Source: an uncultured SAR86 cluster bacterium
Lineage (GTDB): Bacteria; Pseudomonadota; Gammaproteobacteria; Magnimaribacterales; D2472
Length of the DNA: 64,000 bases
Reading direction: 5' to 3'
Assembly (NCBI GenBank): GCA_902525635.1
Contig: CABZHV010000001.1
Span: forward strand, 4,640-68,639
Positions 61,996-64,000 of the stretch are shown here, one piece after another (positions within the stretch are counted from its first letter, which is position 1; each line of letters starts with the position of its first letter). Both the position numbers and the translations under genes were made by a program. The notes under the pieces were generated by a model. That model ran no database searches and was not told the DNA's origin. It saw nothing but the letters and a program-made list of their open reading frames with translations.

Positions 61996-62656
61996 TATAT
62001 CTGAAATCAGATCTAAATTAATAAATTTAATATCAACTGATAATAATAGAATCTTTGTTGTTTTTGCAGCCATTGTAATAACAATGATTATTTTTTTAAT
62101 TATTCAGTCTTTAATAAGTAGATCAGCAAATTTAGATCAAAAAGATAAAAATCCTAATTTGGTTGAATTTATTCGCATAAAACAAGATGATAATTTACAA
62201 GAAAGGACAAGACAGATTCCAGAAAAACCACCACAGCCAAAAAGACCACCTCAGCCTGAAATTGAATTAGATGACAAGACTCCACCTCCTATGCAGCAAT
62301 TTGATCTAGATTTACCTGAATTTACATTACCTACAGATTTTAGTGGAGCATTTCTTGGTAACATTGATGATATGGGCAGGGGAACAAGTCAACTTATACC
62401 CTTGGTTAAAATTGCACCACGATGCCCAAGTGAAGCTGCCATGGGAGGAATTAATGGTTTAGTAGTTTTAGAGCTGCTTGTAAATGAATCTGGTCGAGTT
62501 GATACAATTAAGATTAAACAAGCTAGACCTTCAAGAATATTCAATAAAGAGGCACTCAAGGCAGTTAGGCGATGGCAATTTAAACCAAAATCAGTTGACG
62601 GAATCACTGTTCCTCAATTAGGATTGCTAACCGTGGAGTTTGTTTGCGATGTTTAG
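61985..62656 (+). CDS. tonB: TonB energy transducer
   Basis: N-terminal TM, Pro-rich linker, C-terminal domain ...EALKAVRRWQFKP; ATG at 61985. Confidence 0.9.
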   Translation: MIANISEIRSKLINLISTDNNRIFVVFAAIVITMIIFLIIQSLISRSANLDQKDKNPNLVEFIRIKQDDNLQERTRQIPEKPPQPKRPPQPEIELDDKTPPPMQQFDLDLPEFTLPTDFSGAFLGNIDDMGRGTSQLIPLVKIAPRCPSEAAMGGINGLVVLELLVNESGRVDTIKIKQARPSRIFNKEALKAVRRWQFKPKSVDGITVPQLGLLTVEFVCDV

Positions 62657-63869
62657 AATAATATTTTTACTTACGTTATTACATTTTTATCAACCTGTCT
62701 TTTCAACAGAAGATACGGTTAGCCAGGGTGTAGCAAGGTATTTAACAAGAATCCATAAATATATGGAGGATGAAGATTGGATTAATGCCAAAAGAGAGCT
62801 TGAAGTTACTGCTAGAAGATATTTTAAAAATGAAGACAGTTACGAGAGAGCTCTTATTAATCAGTTATATGGTCAGTTCTATGCACTTCAAAGAGATTAT
62901 AAGAATGCTATTCCTTGGTTTGAAAAAGCCATTGCAAAAGGAAGACTCCCTTTTGCAGCAGATCTTCAAGTTACATATAGTTTGGCTCAATGTTATTTTC
63001 AAACTGGAAGATATCAAGACGTAATTAAAACTCTTGAAAATTATAGAAATAAAGCAGAAAAAAGGGGCCAAAATATGGCGCCAATCCAATTAATGCTTCT
63101 GGGAATTGCATACTATCAAGAACAAGATATATTAAATGCATATGCAAATATTGCTGAAGCAAATGCGACTGCTACCAAGCTAAATGAAGAGTGGTTGCAA
63201 TATGAGTTTGCATTAGCTGTTAAGCTTGAAAAATATGATGATGCAGTTAGAGTAGGCCAATTTTTAATTTTTGTTAATCCTGAAAAAAAATCTTATTGGA
63301 AGCAATTGAGTGGTGTATATTACGGAAGCGAATCAGAAGAACTATCCTTAGCGGGTTTAGAACTTGCATATGAGAATGAAGTCCTGGATAAGGAAAAAGA
63401 TTATATTGATCTTGCAAGATATTTTATGTACAAAGAATTACCAATAAAAGCAGTTGGTGTATTAAATGATGGAATATCATTAGGTAAGGTAAATAAGACT
63501 AGAAAAAATTACGAATTCTTAGCTGATGCTTATTTTTTATCAAAAGAAAAAATACAAGGCATAGATGCTCTTGTAGTGGCAGAGTCAATTGAATCTGATG
63601 CAAATTTGTCATATAAAATTGCCAGATTTGCCTTTGAAAATGAAGATTGGTCTAAATCAATTAATTATTTCAAGCAAGCAAAGAAACAAGGCTACGAGAA
63701 ATATCCAGGTAGATTAGAGCTTTTACTTGGAATATCATATTTTGAAATATCGTCATATGAAATGGCACTTGTTTATCTCAACGAGTCTTTAGAAATTGAT
63801 TCATCGACTTCAGCTGCTGAAGGTTGGATTAATTACATAAAAGATATTCTTGGAACTCAGAATACTTAA
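62649..63869 (+). CDS. TPR protein (TtpD-like)
   Basis: Signal peptide and TPR-like helical repeats; follows tonB. Confidence 0.8.
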   Translation: MFRIIFLLTLLHFYQPVFSTEDTVSQGVARYLTRIHKYMEDEDWINAKRELEVTARRYFKNEDSYERALINQLYGQFYALQRDYKNAIPWFEKAIAKGRLPFAADLQVTYSLAQCYFQTGRYQDVIKTLENYRNKAEKRGQNMAPIQLMLLGIAYYQEQDILNAYANIAEANATATKLNEEWLQYEFALAVKLEKYDDAVRVGQFLIFVNPEKKSYWKQLSGVYYGSESEELSLAGLELAYENEVLDKEKDYIDLARYFMYKELPIKAVGVLNDGISLGKVNKTRKNYEFLADAYFLSKEKIQGIDALVVAESIESDANLSYKIARFAFENEDWSKSINYFKQAKKQGYEKYPGRLELLLGISYFEISSYEMALVYLNESLEIDSSTSAAEGWINYIKDILGTQNT

Positions 63870-63886
63870 GTCTGTCTAAAATTTAA

Positions 63887-64000
63887 ATGATTATTAACGT
63901 AAAAGATATTAAAAAATCTTACATAGTAGGAACACAAGAAGTTCATGCACTTCGAGGAATAAATTTATCTGTTGAGAAAGGTGAGTTCATGTCGATAATG
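63887..64000 (+). CDS. ABC transporter ATP-binding protein (LolD/MacB-like), truncated by the window end
   Basis: Manual translation MIINVKDIKKSYIVGTQEVHALRGINLSVEKGEFMSIM, the region just before Walker A. Confidence 0.8.
   Translation, partial: MIINVKDIKKSYIVGTQEVHALRGINLSVEKGEFMSIM

Overview
AT-rich, very gene-dense bacterial chromosome segment. Gene content, short intergenic spaces and several ~1000-aa TonB-dependent receptors suggest a streamlined marine gammaproteobacterium, plausibly SAR86-like (inference, not a database result). About 1-26 kb is housekeeping: sppA, wrbA, xseA, gpsA, folD, five tRNAs, trhO, tig-clpP-clpX-lon-hupB-ppiD, an Opp-like ABC transporter lacking its ATPases, mltD-gloB-rnhA-dnaQ and gltX. 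About 26-39 kb holds two TonB-dependent receptor loci plus fabI. About 39-50 kb is an accessory island. About 50-64 kb holds tdk, gcdH, an S9 peptidase, a third receptor and a complete Vibrio TonB2-type energizer operon. The most striking structure is at 40.6-44.9 kb. A tRNA-Ala(GGC) gene is split in its anticodon loop by a 2242-bp integrase-less insert bounded by the direct repeat ATGGCATTCA. The insert carries its own complete tRNA-Ala(GGC) with a rewritten anticodon arm that lacks the repeat. Older tRNA-Ala 5' and 3' remnants delimit single-gene cassettes on either side. Other notable items are a fumarase/adenylosuccinate-lyase-family protein with an apparent signal peptide, an alternative oxidase, and +1 frameshifts at poly-A runs in trhO and tig.
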